From positions 9,114,001 to 9,178,000 of the forward strand of contig CM068762.1 of NCBI GenBank assembly GCA_035084275.1: DNA of 64,000 nt, written 5' to 3'. The notes below the pieces were generated by a model. That model had not been told where the DNA came from. It did not search any database and saw only the letters and a program-made list of their open reading frames with translations. The stretch comes from Hydrolagus colliei. Lineage: Eukaryota. This document shows, in pieces, positions 25,147 through 36,252 of the stretch; positions within the stretch are counted from its first letter, which is position 1, and each line of letters begins with the position of its first letter. A program made the translations under genes and the position numbers.

Positions 25147-25459
25147 CCAGACCTGTCAGAGAGCAAATGCGAAGTTTGAAAAATAAGCACTTTATTTTAT
25201 TATATATGCAGATTACATTCAATAAATTCTTTGATTATTGACTCCCGGAGACATGCAAAACATGTAAATGGGAGGCTAAAGAAAGACTTTTATTGATTTG
25301 CTTTTCATGCCAAGACTTGAACCAAGGCTCATTACATACGTGCGTGCCAGTCTCATTTAGTAGCAATCCTGCTGAGAGTCAGAAAAGTGCAAGTCCATGC
25401 CTAACTTTGGGACAACCATCAATAAATAAATAACTAAATAAATACATTTTAAAAACAAA

Positions 25460-25722
25460 TTTGGTCACTCAACGCACTGTTTGTGGTACACTAACTGTCC
25501 GCAGTTGGCTTGCCGCGTTTCGTTCACAAAATCTACAGTCAATTCTCACTTTGCTATACAAGTGTAATTTTGCTGCTGTTGTTGTTGTTTACAGTATGTT
25601 CTGTGAACTGCTTTGAAACGTCTCCTGACGTGAAATTTTGTTGTTGGTGTCGTTTCGAAGATGTGATGAAAGTAATAATAATAATCCTGGCATTTGATAT
25701 AGCGCCTCATATCAACCGCAAG
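25460..25722 (+). mobile_element. SINE 3' half carrying two tiny L2-tail insertions and an inverted tail
   Basis: The SINE consensus is interrupted by TATACAAGTGTAATTTTGCTGCTGTTGTTG and ATTTTGTTGTTGG. The terminal ~45 bp are in the opposite orientation. Confidence 0.65.
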
Positions 25723-26589
25723 GGTTACGTATTATTCTTATTACGTGAGCTCACAGTCTAGGCTAGCACCCAAGGCAGAAACAGCACGAAAACACTGCAT
25801 TGTTTGGATGGAATGTTACACCGAAGTCCTGTCGACCTGTTCAGGTGGATTTTAAATGTCCTGTGACGCTTTTTTAAAAATAGAAAGGAGTTACCAAATT
25901 CTTCTCTCTCACAAGTGTTTAGTGCATGTCGCTGACAGGACTGACAACAGCACACCATCGAAAACCGTCACGCACTTGACAGAAATACTTGGGAAGCACT
26001 TTGAGGTCTTGTGATGTGCTAAGGCACCATAAAAATGCAATTCTGACACAATTTGGAGGGATTCATGTTTTTAGAGCTCCGCCTGTTCTAAGACATTGCT
26101 AGAGTTAATAGGCCTAAAGATTACAATGAATCATCGCGCATTTCCTTTCACATCGAATTTGTTTGAAAGCGCCTCACAGAATTTTGTGTAAAATGTAGGG
26201 AGTGTACTTGGCAAGTGAAGAGAGCAGCCTAGAGGCTCTATACTGTGTGAAGGGCGCTACATAAATGCACAGTGTTGATGATGTCAGGACTTGAAACTTT
26301 AGCTAAGTCATTTTTCATTGACAATACCTATATTGTCATTTTGCCTCGTGCTATAAGATTGAATAAAGACTTCTTTGACATGTTAAACCATCAACGCAAG
26401 GCAAACTCTTCCTGTGCGGATGTAGCAATGACACAAGATTCAAGGCCAAATTCATCAGCTGAGGAATGCTGATAACACAGTTAACACATGTGTTGAGGTC
26501 AAGGCACTTTGTCTGTTATTCCAAACTGGTAGAGTTAATATACGCAGTACCAATAATAAACACTTCTTAGATTCAACACAGAACCTTTT

Positions 26590-26950
26590 ACATCACGAGG
26601 TCACCCCGAGGCGCTTTTCAGGAGTCATTGCAAAATGGTAGTGACTGAGCTGGGAGGTGAACACGGCTTCAATTAGCACACAGCAATGCACTGAATCCAT
26701 GAAGCGAATGACTGGGTTTATCTGGGGGATTGTTGGCCAAGATGCAAGGAGAAGCTCCCTTAATAATAACAATATCAACAACAATAATAATCCTTGCATT
26801 TGCTTTAGCACTTTTCACGTCTTCATATGTGTAGGCAAAACGCAGCAGCCAATTGTGCACAGCAGTGTCCCACAAACAGTCGTGGATTAAAATTACCAAT
26901 TTTTTCTTGGTTTATTTTGAGCGATTATTATTAGCCATGTGGAGTAATAA
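26590..26950 (-). mobile_element. DeuSINE fragment with a nested young SINE (26760-26950)
   Basis: GGGGATTGTTGGCCAAGATGCAAGGAGAAGCTCCCT is followed directly by AATAAT...CCTTGCATTTG...CAGTGTCCCACAAACAGTCGTGG. Confidence 0.75.
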
Positions 26951-28867
26951 TCTTTTAATTAGGCAACCCAATTCCAATAGCATATCTTGCTTGTGGTGCT
27001 GAGATTTTTTACTGTGACAGTGATAGCATTGCTGGGATTCGAGGTAATGGTTTCATGATGCTGCGATATTTTTTAATGGCAACAATTTGTCTTCCGCCTG
27101 CATCGTTAGCGAGGCTGCGGAAAATAGCCACAGGAAAATCAGGAAGGAAAAGAAAATTCATTAGGGTTAAAACAAACAGGGGAACACTCTAAATGGTAAA
27201 AAAAAAGTAGCGATTCTGATTAATGTCACTTAAAGAATTGTGTATCACGCTCTTTATTTGCTGCAGATTTTCGAATCACACATATGAAATGAATTTGCAC
27301 TACAGTACCGTATCATGTTCAAAACAACAATTTCAGCTTTAATGACAAGCACTTGCGATTTTCTTTTGAACTGTAGAAATGGTAGCTAACTACCACTAAC
27401 AGTGCGTGCAACCAAGTGTTTTAAAAGCAAAATCTATCAGTTCACGTAGAATAAATAGCAATGGGTCTCACCTAACCCATCAGAATGTGGTTTATCAGGT
27501 TGAACTAATAGCAATGATTTTATACGATACCTATAATTACCTATAAAATTCCTTTCTCTTTTCGAATAGCATCAGGGGATCCTTAAAGTCCACCTGCACA
27601 AGCAGACGGGATAAGCGATGTTAGTTTGAAGCCTATTATACGATCAGTTTAGTTCAGAAAGACAAAGAGCAAAGTAATGCACACATCAAGTTGTTTCGCC
27701 TACAAAATATACAATCAATTCACTTTGCAGTATATTCTGCAATGTTCTTTGAGACATCTCGAATACGTGATCAGGCAGGCGCTTATAACAAATGCAACGA
27801 TTATCACTATTATTATCTTTCAAAGTATTTGCATGCATTAGGAAAAAGGGAATGGAGAGTATAGGCGAAGGGGTTGGAGGCTCTTGTGGAGTCTAAACGC
27901 TGGCACATACTAGTTGTGACAAATGGCCTATTTTCATACTGTGATGTAACTCCCAGTAATCGTTGAATAACCCCGTCAAATGAGGGCTGGAAATTTACCA
28001 CTTCAGCCCATGCGTAGCATGGTAATAAACAAGTAAGAATGAAGCGGGAATTAGTGCTGGTTGTAAAAGTTAATTAGTAGCAAATAAGTCCTGTGCAACA
28101 AGGATAGAAACAGATCCATTACTAATCCGTGGGGTGTGCAGTGAATTAACGTGTGATAACCACCAACCAACCAAACAAACAAACAAAACACCTTTTTTGG
28201 TGGGGTTTGGGTGGGGAAATTGATAATGCTGGAGTTATACTTGAGATATACAGTATATTCCTTCTGGAGATTTATAATGTTTATGGAAAGTTGGATGGAT
28301 TGAAGGAACATACCATTATCTCTACTTAACCATCGCAAACAGACACCGTAATACTAATGTGGGGAGGAAAAGTATTGTTAATAAGAATGTAACATTCCCC
28401 TAATTTTGGTCCTGATCAAACATGTTAAAACCTCTCTGTACGTTAAACTCCAGTCATGTGAAATGGCTGGAGGCTGCCCACCAACAAGTTTTTTTCCCTC
28501 TAGAACCCAAATAAAGCACAACATGTGTATAGTACAATAAATATAATTGCAACAAGCCATCTGTATAAATCACTGAGATGATACACTATCCAATGACTCA
28601 ATTTATTTCCTGAGGGGGATGTCTGTGGTGATTTTTACGGAAAACCTAATTGTAACATTCCTTTTATCCGCCCATCCCCTTGTTAGATAATGTCTCCTTC
28701 AAAAACCATAAACAAGCTCATGCCTACATTCATCAAAGCTGCACCAGCAGTCCAGCTCATTGATGTGAAACCATTACCACATGTTTGGAGGGGAAAATGA
28801 ATGCATACAATGTAAGTCACTGAACATTTCATTGAGCTGTATACCTCTGGCTTTAACTATGGCACAT

Positions 28868-29205
28868 TTCAACAGCAACAACAACAACTTGCAGTTATAT
28901 AGCGCCCTCCATGCCGGGTATTGTCTCAAAGATCTTAACAGTGGCAATGGGGTGGGGAGGGGTGGGGGAATGGGGTTTGTGGGGGTCAGATGGAGGTGGC
29001 CGTAAGTACGGACAAAGAGGAAGGTTTTCAGGCAGGATTTGGAGGATTTGAGACAGAGTGTTCCAGAGTTTTGGAGCGTAGTGGCTGAAAGCGTGACCTC
29101 TGATAGTGGGATGGAGAGTGCGAGGGACAAGCGGGAGGCCGGTGCCCATCGAGCGGATGCGGTGGGTGGTGGATTGGCGATTGAGCAGGTCCGAGAGTAC
29201 CAAGG
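28868..29205 (-). mobile_element. L2 3' end, family B
   Basis: ORF 28895..29203 RSMGTGLPLVPR..RGHAFSHYAPKLWNTL; the other frame gives LKTFLF. Tail TATATAGCGCCCTCCATGCC. Confidence 0.85.
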
Positions 29206-29619
29206 TGCAAGGGAGTCAGAAGAAGAATTAATTGGAAGGATCATACAAATAATCCCTACATCTGATATAGCAAACTGTACAGCAAACCTCATCCCAGTCA
29301 GTCATGTTTATTCCATTGTGTTGTATATCGCAACATGCTCTGCTTTACCCAAATCCCTCCTTTGCTTGTAGATCTTCATAAAAGAGCACACAGGTAAACC
29401 TGTATGATCTGAGTGCCCTCTGGCCAAGGTGTGGGTTTCCTGACGTGCAACTGCTTGAATTTAGTCAAATGATCGGCTTGCACACCTAACAACAATTGCA
29501 ATTCATTATTTTCTTCACTCCCACACATTGTAACTACAGTCACGTTACTCTCCATGGGGTTGGGTTCAGTGAGATCCCATCTTTTCTCAGATTATGTTGA
29601 GTAAGACTGACAGTCCTTT

Positions 29620-30050
29620 AAACTTCCGTTTTAATGCAGTCACTTTCAAGGCCGTCCATGGCCTTGCCCCCTCCTACTTCTCTGGCCTGCTGACTCCCTA
29701 CCAATTTGCCAATCTCCCCTTCCGTTCAGCAGGCTCCGTTCTGCTTCACGACTCCCGCCTGACCCACTCTGTCATCGGTGGCCGGGCTTGCAGTTTTTCT
29801 GCCCCCACACTCTGGAATTCGAATCCACAAGTCCCTCCACCTCGCTTCCTCCCTTGTCTCTTTCAAGGCCGGTCTGAAGATCTTTCTTTTCGACCATGCC
29901 TTCAGCCGCCCTTCCACTTCTCTCCCTCTCCTCCTCCCCTAATCTGCCCCCTCCCCCATGCTCGGGTCCCGACCCCTGACTGTTCAATGCATTGGGACGT
30001 CCTCCCCACGTGAAAGGCGCTCTATAAATGTAATTTTGTCGCTGTTGTCA
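29620..30050 (+). mobile_element. L2 3' end, family A
   Basis: ORF 29594..30013 TFKAVHGLAPSY..GGRACSFSAPTLWNS; tail GTGAAAGGCGCTCTATAAATGTAATTTTG. Confidence 0.85.
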
Positions 30051-31089
30051 TTCAATGAGAGAATTACAAGCCGTGGGCAGCCACGATTAAGTGCTTTGAA
30101 ACATCTCGAAGACGTGGTAAGGTGCTGTATCAAATGCAAGGATTATTAGTGTCTCCTTTGGCTTGGGAAAGTGAACAAGGAGCATCCAGGCACCAGCCCA
30201 CTTACGTGTTATCAAAAGCTTCCAAAGCAAGTTGGTGATTAACACATTCACAAAATCATCATTTTCAACTCTCAAACCCCTCCCCATGTCATCTGCTGCG
30301 GATCGGACTTGATTTGATTTGAGATCAAAATTCAAACCGATTACATCAGCAAAAACTTTGCACTGGAGAAGTTAATAATAATCCTTGTGTTCGATATAGC
30401 GCCTTATCACGTCTTTGAGATGTCTCAAAGGGCTTCACAGAATATACTGTAACATGAATTGGCTGTATTTTGGGGGTCACTCTCCCTTGCCTCCTTCAAG
30501 ACACGTGTCACGACACTCTTCTTTTGGCTGTGCTTCCGATCACCCCACTTCCCTCCACCGACCTCCACCCTCCCCAATCCCGGGCCCCCAGCTCAGGCTT
30601 AGTGGAATAGCAAAGGTCTTCAAGGGGATCTGACTTCGCTTCACAGCAACTGACTCATTATCAACTCTCTGCACAACGCCTGTTGGAATGATGTCATGTT
30701 TTCCACAAGGATAAATAATCCTTTTTTCTCTTACAGCTGTCCTGACAGGCTTTCCCTTCACCTTTGACACCTCCACCCTTATCATTTATTATTCCTTTCG
30801 GATCGTACAAGGCCACCTAATGCAAGGTCCCACAAGCGGATTTGATTTCTCGCTTTTGCATCAATTCTCATGCCCGACGTGCTGTAATTCTCCTCTTTTA
30901 CTACCGTGACATTCCAGCTCCACAAGGGGATTCTCTCTTCCCTCCAGTTCCCCCCCCACCCCCAACCCACTTCACTCTGCAATTCTACAGCTGCTTCCAA
31001 TCCGTAAGAAGGCACAATGCAAACGGTGTGAGTTTACCAATACCCTTGTAATCAGGAAGACAACAAATCTGCAGTTTATCACACCCGAT

Positions 31090-31250
31090 TCGCTTCAGGG
31101 ACCGGTTCGTGCAGGGAATTAAAACTCTGCCCTTTCACCAAGAAATCCCGTGTTTGAATTCAGGCCAAATAACCGACGTGAGCATTTCCTCTTTCTGATC
31201 GCGCTGAAGAGGCCTGAGTAAAGTGAGTGCAGCTTTGCTCAGTCAACGTC
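31090..31250 (+). mobile_element. LF-SINE-like ancient tRNA SINE 5' fragment
   Basis: GCCCTTTCACCAAG...GTTTGAATTCAGGCC...GGCCTGAGTAAAGTGAGT...CTCAGTC resembles the recalled LF-SINE head. A similar head lies at 20275-20330. Confidence 0.4.
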
Positions 31251-31427
31251 CTTTTTTGCATTGGGATGGGTGGGGTGGGGTCATCCAGGTTTCTGATGCA
31301 TTCAGAAATCCATCACCGTGCTTTAAGAGCATCCGTTACCTGACAGAGAATTCCACATGCGTATGCCACTTACGGAAACTTTGCTAGCTAGTGGCATGTA
31401 TACCTCGATCCCTTCCCCTCAGACTGG

Positions 31428-31480
31428 CTCCATGTGGGTGATTGCCACACACTCCATGTGGGTGATTGCCACACACTCCA
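31428..31480. repeat. 24-bp perfect tandem duplication
   Basis: CTCCATGTGGGTGATTGCCACACA x2 plus CTCCA. Confidence 0.95.
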
Positions 31481-31549
31481 GACAAATGAGCATGATTAGC
31501 AGATCGCTTTTCCTGGGGTAGTAATCCTTTCACAAAATGAAAATAAAAA

Positions 31550-32030
31550 TAACCATTTGTTTTCTCAATCCGGGACTGTTTGCGGGACACTGGCTGCCGC
31601 GTTTTGCCCATAAAATATACAGTCAATTCACTTGACAGGATATTCAGTGAGTTTACCTGAGCTTTGAGACGTTTCGAAGATGTGATAAGGTACTTGTATT
31701 AAATGTAACGATTATTAATAAGCACTTAGAGGTACTCTTGCCTTCAATCAGAAGGTTGTTCAATCACATGTCGGGATCTTGAACTCATATAGTTCTGGTT
31801 GACCCCCACCCAATGTAGATCTCTTAACACTATTCAAAAAGAGAAGGGTGTTTCTCAATTCCCCCCCAAAAATGTCATTCACTTCATGGCTGTTTGCGAG
31901 ACATTGTTGAGCACAAATTGGCTGCTGCATTCATTCACCCACGTAAAAATAGAATAATTACACACTTTGCAATATCTCCTTGTGAACCGCTTTGTGACGT
32001 CTTTGTTATATGAAAGAATTAACTATTGTT
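31550..32030 (+). mobile_element. SINE 3' half followed by a degraded DeuSINE
   Basis: CTGTTTGCGGGACACTGGCTGCCGCG...tail; then GGTACTCTTGCCTTCAATCAGAAGGTTG...GCACAAATTGGCTGCTGC. Confidence 0.7.
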
Positions 32031-33834
32031 ATCATTATCTACCTGAACAATGTCCAGTTTGGGACAAGGCAACGTTTGAAGTTACTTTGATTTATCTTCT
32101 TGGTAGAGCAAAGTAGGAACACTGGGGAAATAGTATTTTTTTCCAATTGTGTCATCGCTGAAATGCTCTTTACCCATCTCTCTAATAGGTCAGCACAAGT
32201 TGAAGGCCAGTGTACAGCTCCCCATACACATTCTTTTCAGCCAGACATACTGCGTGTGTGTGTTTCTGTCTGTCAGAGTATGGGTGAGCGTGCATGTAAA
32301 AAAAACTTTAATTAGGTCAGCAAAAACGTCTCATCATTTCCAGGCTGTCAAAGCAGTCGAGATAGTGAGTTGCTCAATGAGTGGACTTTTCCCGACTCCC
32401 TAAAGTTTTTGGCCATGTCTCAGCCTTCGCAGAGAAGGGAGTGTGCCATTAATGAGATTACAACACATCTCCCCTTTCAGTTGGCTTTCCTTTGAGAAAC
32501 AGACTCCTCAGCCTTCAGCTTCATAGCGGGTCTCGGGAGTCTGAGGGAGGGAGAGAGGTGCAAGATCTAACCATGCGTGTTTGGAAGGAGCCAAAAAGGC
32601 TCCACTCATGTACGCTTTTGACAGGGTACCGTAACGTGTACAGACTCTCCTGAGATGCCTTACATCTTCTAAGCCTACATTGCCTGATCCTCACAGTCTA
32701 CCTGATGCGTACATGGCAAGCAAGCCATCCCCAATTAATCGCCTCCAAAGACTCCAATTAAAGTATTTGTGCAATAGCAGCGACAACCAAAGAGACATTT
32801 ATGGCATACACATGATCGATCATGGCAAATATAATCACATGCATTACTTGTTTCAACACAACAGAAAATAGATTCATTAGTTTCCTATACTTGGTTTCAA
32901 AGCCACTGCATGATGGACAGTGTGGTTTGGAATAGCAGAATCGCTGAAACGCTAAGCTAATGGCCATAATGTTAAACCAGACCCACCAACCTGTCCAGCT
33001 CAGTAACTCATCCATTGGCACAATAAATCATTGGCATTTTACTGTTCAAACCATTCGGGGGGGTTTTTCAAAAAAAAGAGAGAAAGAAATCAATAGGACA
33101 AACTTATTCTCAGGAATCACAATACAGATCTCTCCTTATTCAGAACCTTGATACGAGTTGTTATTTCTATTTTGCTGCACACAACTTTACAGGAAAAAAA
33201 TGTGAAGCACTTCGAGTTGGCGGCATATCAAATACGTACAAGGAATGACATCGTTATCATTGCAATCATTGTTATAATCATCATCATCATTTTATTAATC
33301 TCCATATAAATTATTTTTGGTGGATTCGCAGGTTGAATGGAATTGAACGAGCATCTTTTCTGACCCCCCCAATAGGAAAACCTAACACGAGTGAATTCAT
33401 ATCCTGGTAACCCAGTCTGTTTATATGAAAAACACTTTCCCCATAAATGGTGCTAAACTGTGAGGATTTATTGTACAAACAGCTGGGAAAACTCACTGCA
33501 CTGAGAAGATCCCTAATGGAATTTTTCAGCATCCTATCATCTTATTATCAGTAGGGTGTCTGCTTTTGTCTGAGAATGTGGGAATGAAAGCAATTGCCTT
33601 TGAAATCATCCAGTATAGCTCTGCAATTGTTGCATTCCTTGCCTGACTGATATTTCCACTTACTGTCAACCGATAAGGAGGGGTATTGACAAAATACAAA
33701 GTATTTTCAAATTCTCTCTCCCTCTCTCTCTCTGTCTGAATTGATGGGTACATGTTAGGAACAGTGTCTGACTGTATCACTTGCTGGTGCTCAACTTGCC
33801 ACAACGAGGACAAACAAAGCGCTTATAGGACACT

Positions 33835-33930
33835 GACATAAGAACATTAAAATATTTGCGAGGCAAAAGGAAACCAAGGAACATCCAGTTCGCCTTCCAC
33901 CATCCTGGCAGTTGCTTGTCATGTCGAGTC
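33835..33930 (-). mobile_element. CR1 3' tail fragment
   Basis: CATAAGAACATTAAA...CCAGTTCGCCTTCCACCATCCTGG, an antisense (TTCTTATG)n CR1-type tail. Confidence 0.55.
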
Positions 33931-34579
33931 CCAAACTACACATTGTTCCACGAGCTATTATTTCCTACTTCCACTTTGTGTCGATATGTGACTGTCTCAC
34001 ATTATCCACAATGGAGGGGAGATTGGCATGAGTCACACGCCTCCCGACGTGAAAGGCGCTTTATAAGTGTAATTTGTTGTTGTTGTTATACAAACACCGA
34101 GGAGTCATTTAAACATTTTTTTTGAATTTTTTTAATTTAATTCTTCTTCTCCAGAGATGAAGTTCTTACCATCCAGCTTCTAGGTTTAAAAAAGCAGGCA
34201 TCAGTAAACAGCGCAAAGCAAGTTTCTCGCTGTCATAAAGAAGCAAGTTATTCATCCATAACTTGCATGTTGCAGACATGGTGTTTATTTCCAATGCTGC
34301 TGCTAAAGAGGTCATGTGATTTTGGCATACACATTTTATTAATGCAAATTCCTGGTATTATACTTGCCCACAAAAGTTGTTGTTTTTTGCACATAAGCAT
34401 GGTGGAACAGGTGGAAAAGCTTCCTTCGACGATGTTTGGTAACGATTGACTGAGGCTCAATCAAGTAATTAAGGAACAACTGTTTGGCATTTTGTGTTGT
34501 CTGCTACTTTGAGGGAGAGTGAACGCCAGAGTTATTTGTGCAAAAATGAAAAAGAAAAATCTGAAATATTTCCTATCCA

Positions 34580-34915
34580 ATCCTGACACACCTCCCCCCC
34601 CACCCACACCCACACCATGCCTGTATCCTGATCCCTGATTGTTCAGCGCCTTGGGACGTCCTCCCAACGTGAAGGACGCTTTATAAATGTAATTTTGTTG
34701 CAGTTATTCAATTTAAAAACAAGAACAAATTACATTGATGCAACGCCTTTTATGTCAATAGACTGAATACAACGACAACAAAATGATACACGTATAGCGC
34801 CTTTCACGTCAGGAGGATGTCCCAAGGCATCAGGAGCTTGTGGTTGGGATCAGGAGGGGTGGAGGGTGGGGGTAGGAGGAGTCGAGGAGGTGGGTCTTGA
34901 AACGGGTCTTTTAGG
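34580..34915. mobile_element. Two L2 family A 3' ends, tail-to-tail (+ 34580-34705, - 34768-34915)
   Basis: CCTGATCCC...GCCTTGGGACGTCCTCCCAACGTGAA and its reverse complement TTCACGTCAGGAGGATGTCCCAAGGC...GGGATCAGG. Confidence 0.8.
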
Positions 34916-35794
34916 AGCTAAGGGAAAATACATAGCGGAAGCTGGACCACGAGAACTTTATGTATTTTATAATGGAGTTGCTGGGTTCAGAGGGAAGTTT
35001 ATACCCAGAGCCTCTATGCCTGTTTATGTGGTGGTTAAAGATGCTTTGATGTTACTTAGAGTAAGGCATTTCATCCCATGTTCCTGACCAATGATTTCCC
35101 TCAGACACGTTGATTAATTCACTTTACAATATATTCTGTGAAGCATGTTGAGATGGCTAGACGACATGAAAAGCGCTATATCAAACGCAAATTAATATTA
35201 TTATTCACTTGATGTTTGTGAGGCATTTTGCAGGGTTTAAATTGTTTGCAAAAATGTGCAATCCCTTCAATTGACACCAATTAACTCTGAAGTTCTTTGA
35301 GGTGTTTTGATGTTTACAGGTGTCCTTTCAAATGCAAGGATAATGATGAATTCAAACAGTCGTAATCGAACATCCACATAGAAAGTACCTTACAACATGG
35401 ACCATGGCTGATTTCCTTCTCTCTATATAAACGAAGGACTCTCATCTACCAGACTGTTATTCGGGGGTGAAAAACTATTCCAAAAAATCATTCTGAATAG
35501 CTTTCCTTGAACGGATGAAATGCAGTAGGTGTTTGAGAACATACAACAGTCATTCTTTCCCTATGGTGATAGTCGCTTACATCAGTCAGTTGGTTTCCTA
35601 AGTTACCACCAAACAGTTTCATCTGTGAAACGAGGACTAATTCGAGGATTTACGATAAGGTGACAGACAAGTTGCAACACGAGCAAGGGACGTGACCCCT
35701 TTGTCTTGAGAGCAAATGCCATGATTTTGTTCCGAGCATTCAAATTGCAACGCTGGTACTATATTAAGCTTCTGTACTGCTTATAATAACATAA

Positions 35795-36252
35795 GAACAA
35801 TCCTTGCATTTGATATAATTTAACGCCCTATCACATCTGCAATTTCAAAACATTGCACAGAATATACTGTAAAGTGAAACAAAACACAAAATACTACAGA
35901 TGCTGGGAATCTGAAACAAAAATAGAAGTTGCTGGGGAAACTCAGCAGGTCAGGCAGCATCCATGGAGAAAGGAAAAAGAGTCAAAGTTTTGGGTCTACA
36001 ACCCTTCGTCAAACAACTTCTGTTTTTGATACTGTAAAGTGAATTGACTATTTATTTAGTGCGAGGAACTCGGCATCTAATTGCTCGCTACAGTGTCCCA
36101 CAAACAGTCATGGATTAAGTATATCGATTAGCAACTGGGTACCTACTTACTGCTAGGTATACAAAGGTGTTATGGCGTAAGGAAACTTGACTAAAGGTTT
36201 TGCCCTGGCCCGGAATCGAACCCGGGTCCTCTTTTTTGGGAGGCGAGTGCAT
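35795..36252 (-). mobile_element. Young SINE, long subtype, interrupted by a Penelope-type insertion
   Basis: Tail at 35795-35878, resuming at 36029. CORE-like ACTTACTGCTAGGTATACAAAGG; head GGAATCGAACCCGGG. Confidence 0.85.
35879..36028 (-). mobile_element. Penelope-like terminal-repeat fragment with a decayed hammerhead-like core and a 15-bp target-site duplication
   Basis: ATACTGTAAAGTGAA flanks the insert at 35864-35878 and 36029-36043. The minus strand reads TTGACGAAGGGTTGTAGACCCAAAAC...GGATGCTGCCTGACCTGCTGAGTTTCCCCAGC. Confidence 0.75.

Noticed and set aside
28388-28662. TGTAACATTCC repeated twice, resembling LTR starts
   Set aside because: Similarity is only 11 bp, there is no TSD or primer-binding site, and the TATA/polyA order does not fit.
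31428-31480. Short direct repeats as a CRISPR-like array
   Set aside because: A simple tandem duplication without spacers in eukaryotic DNA.
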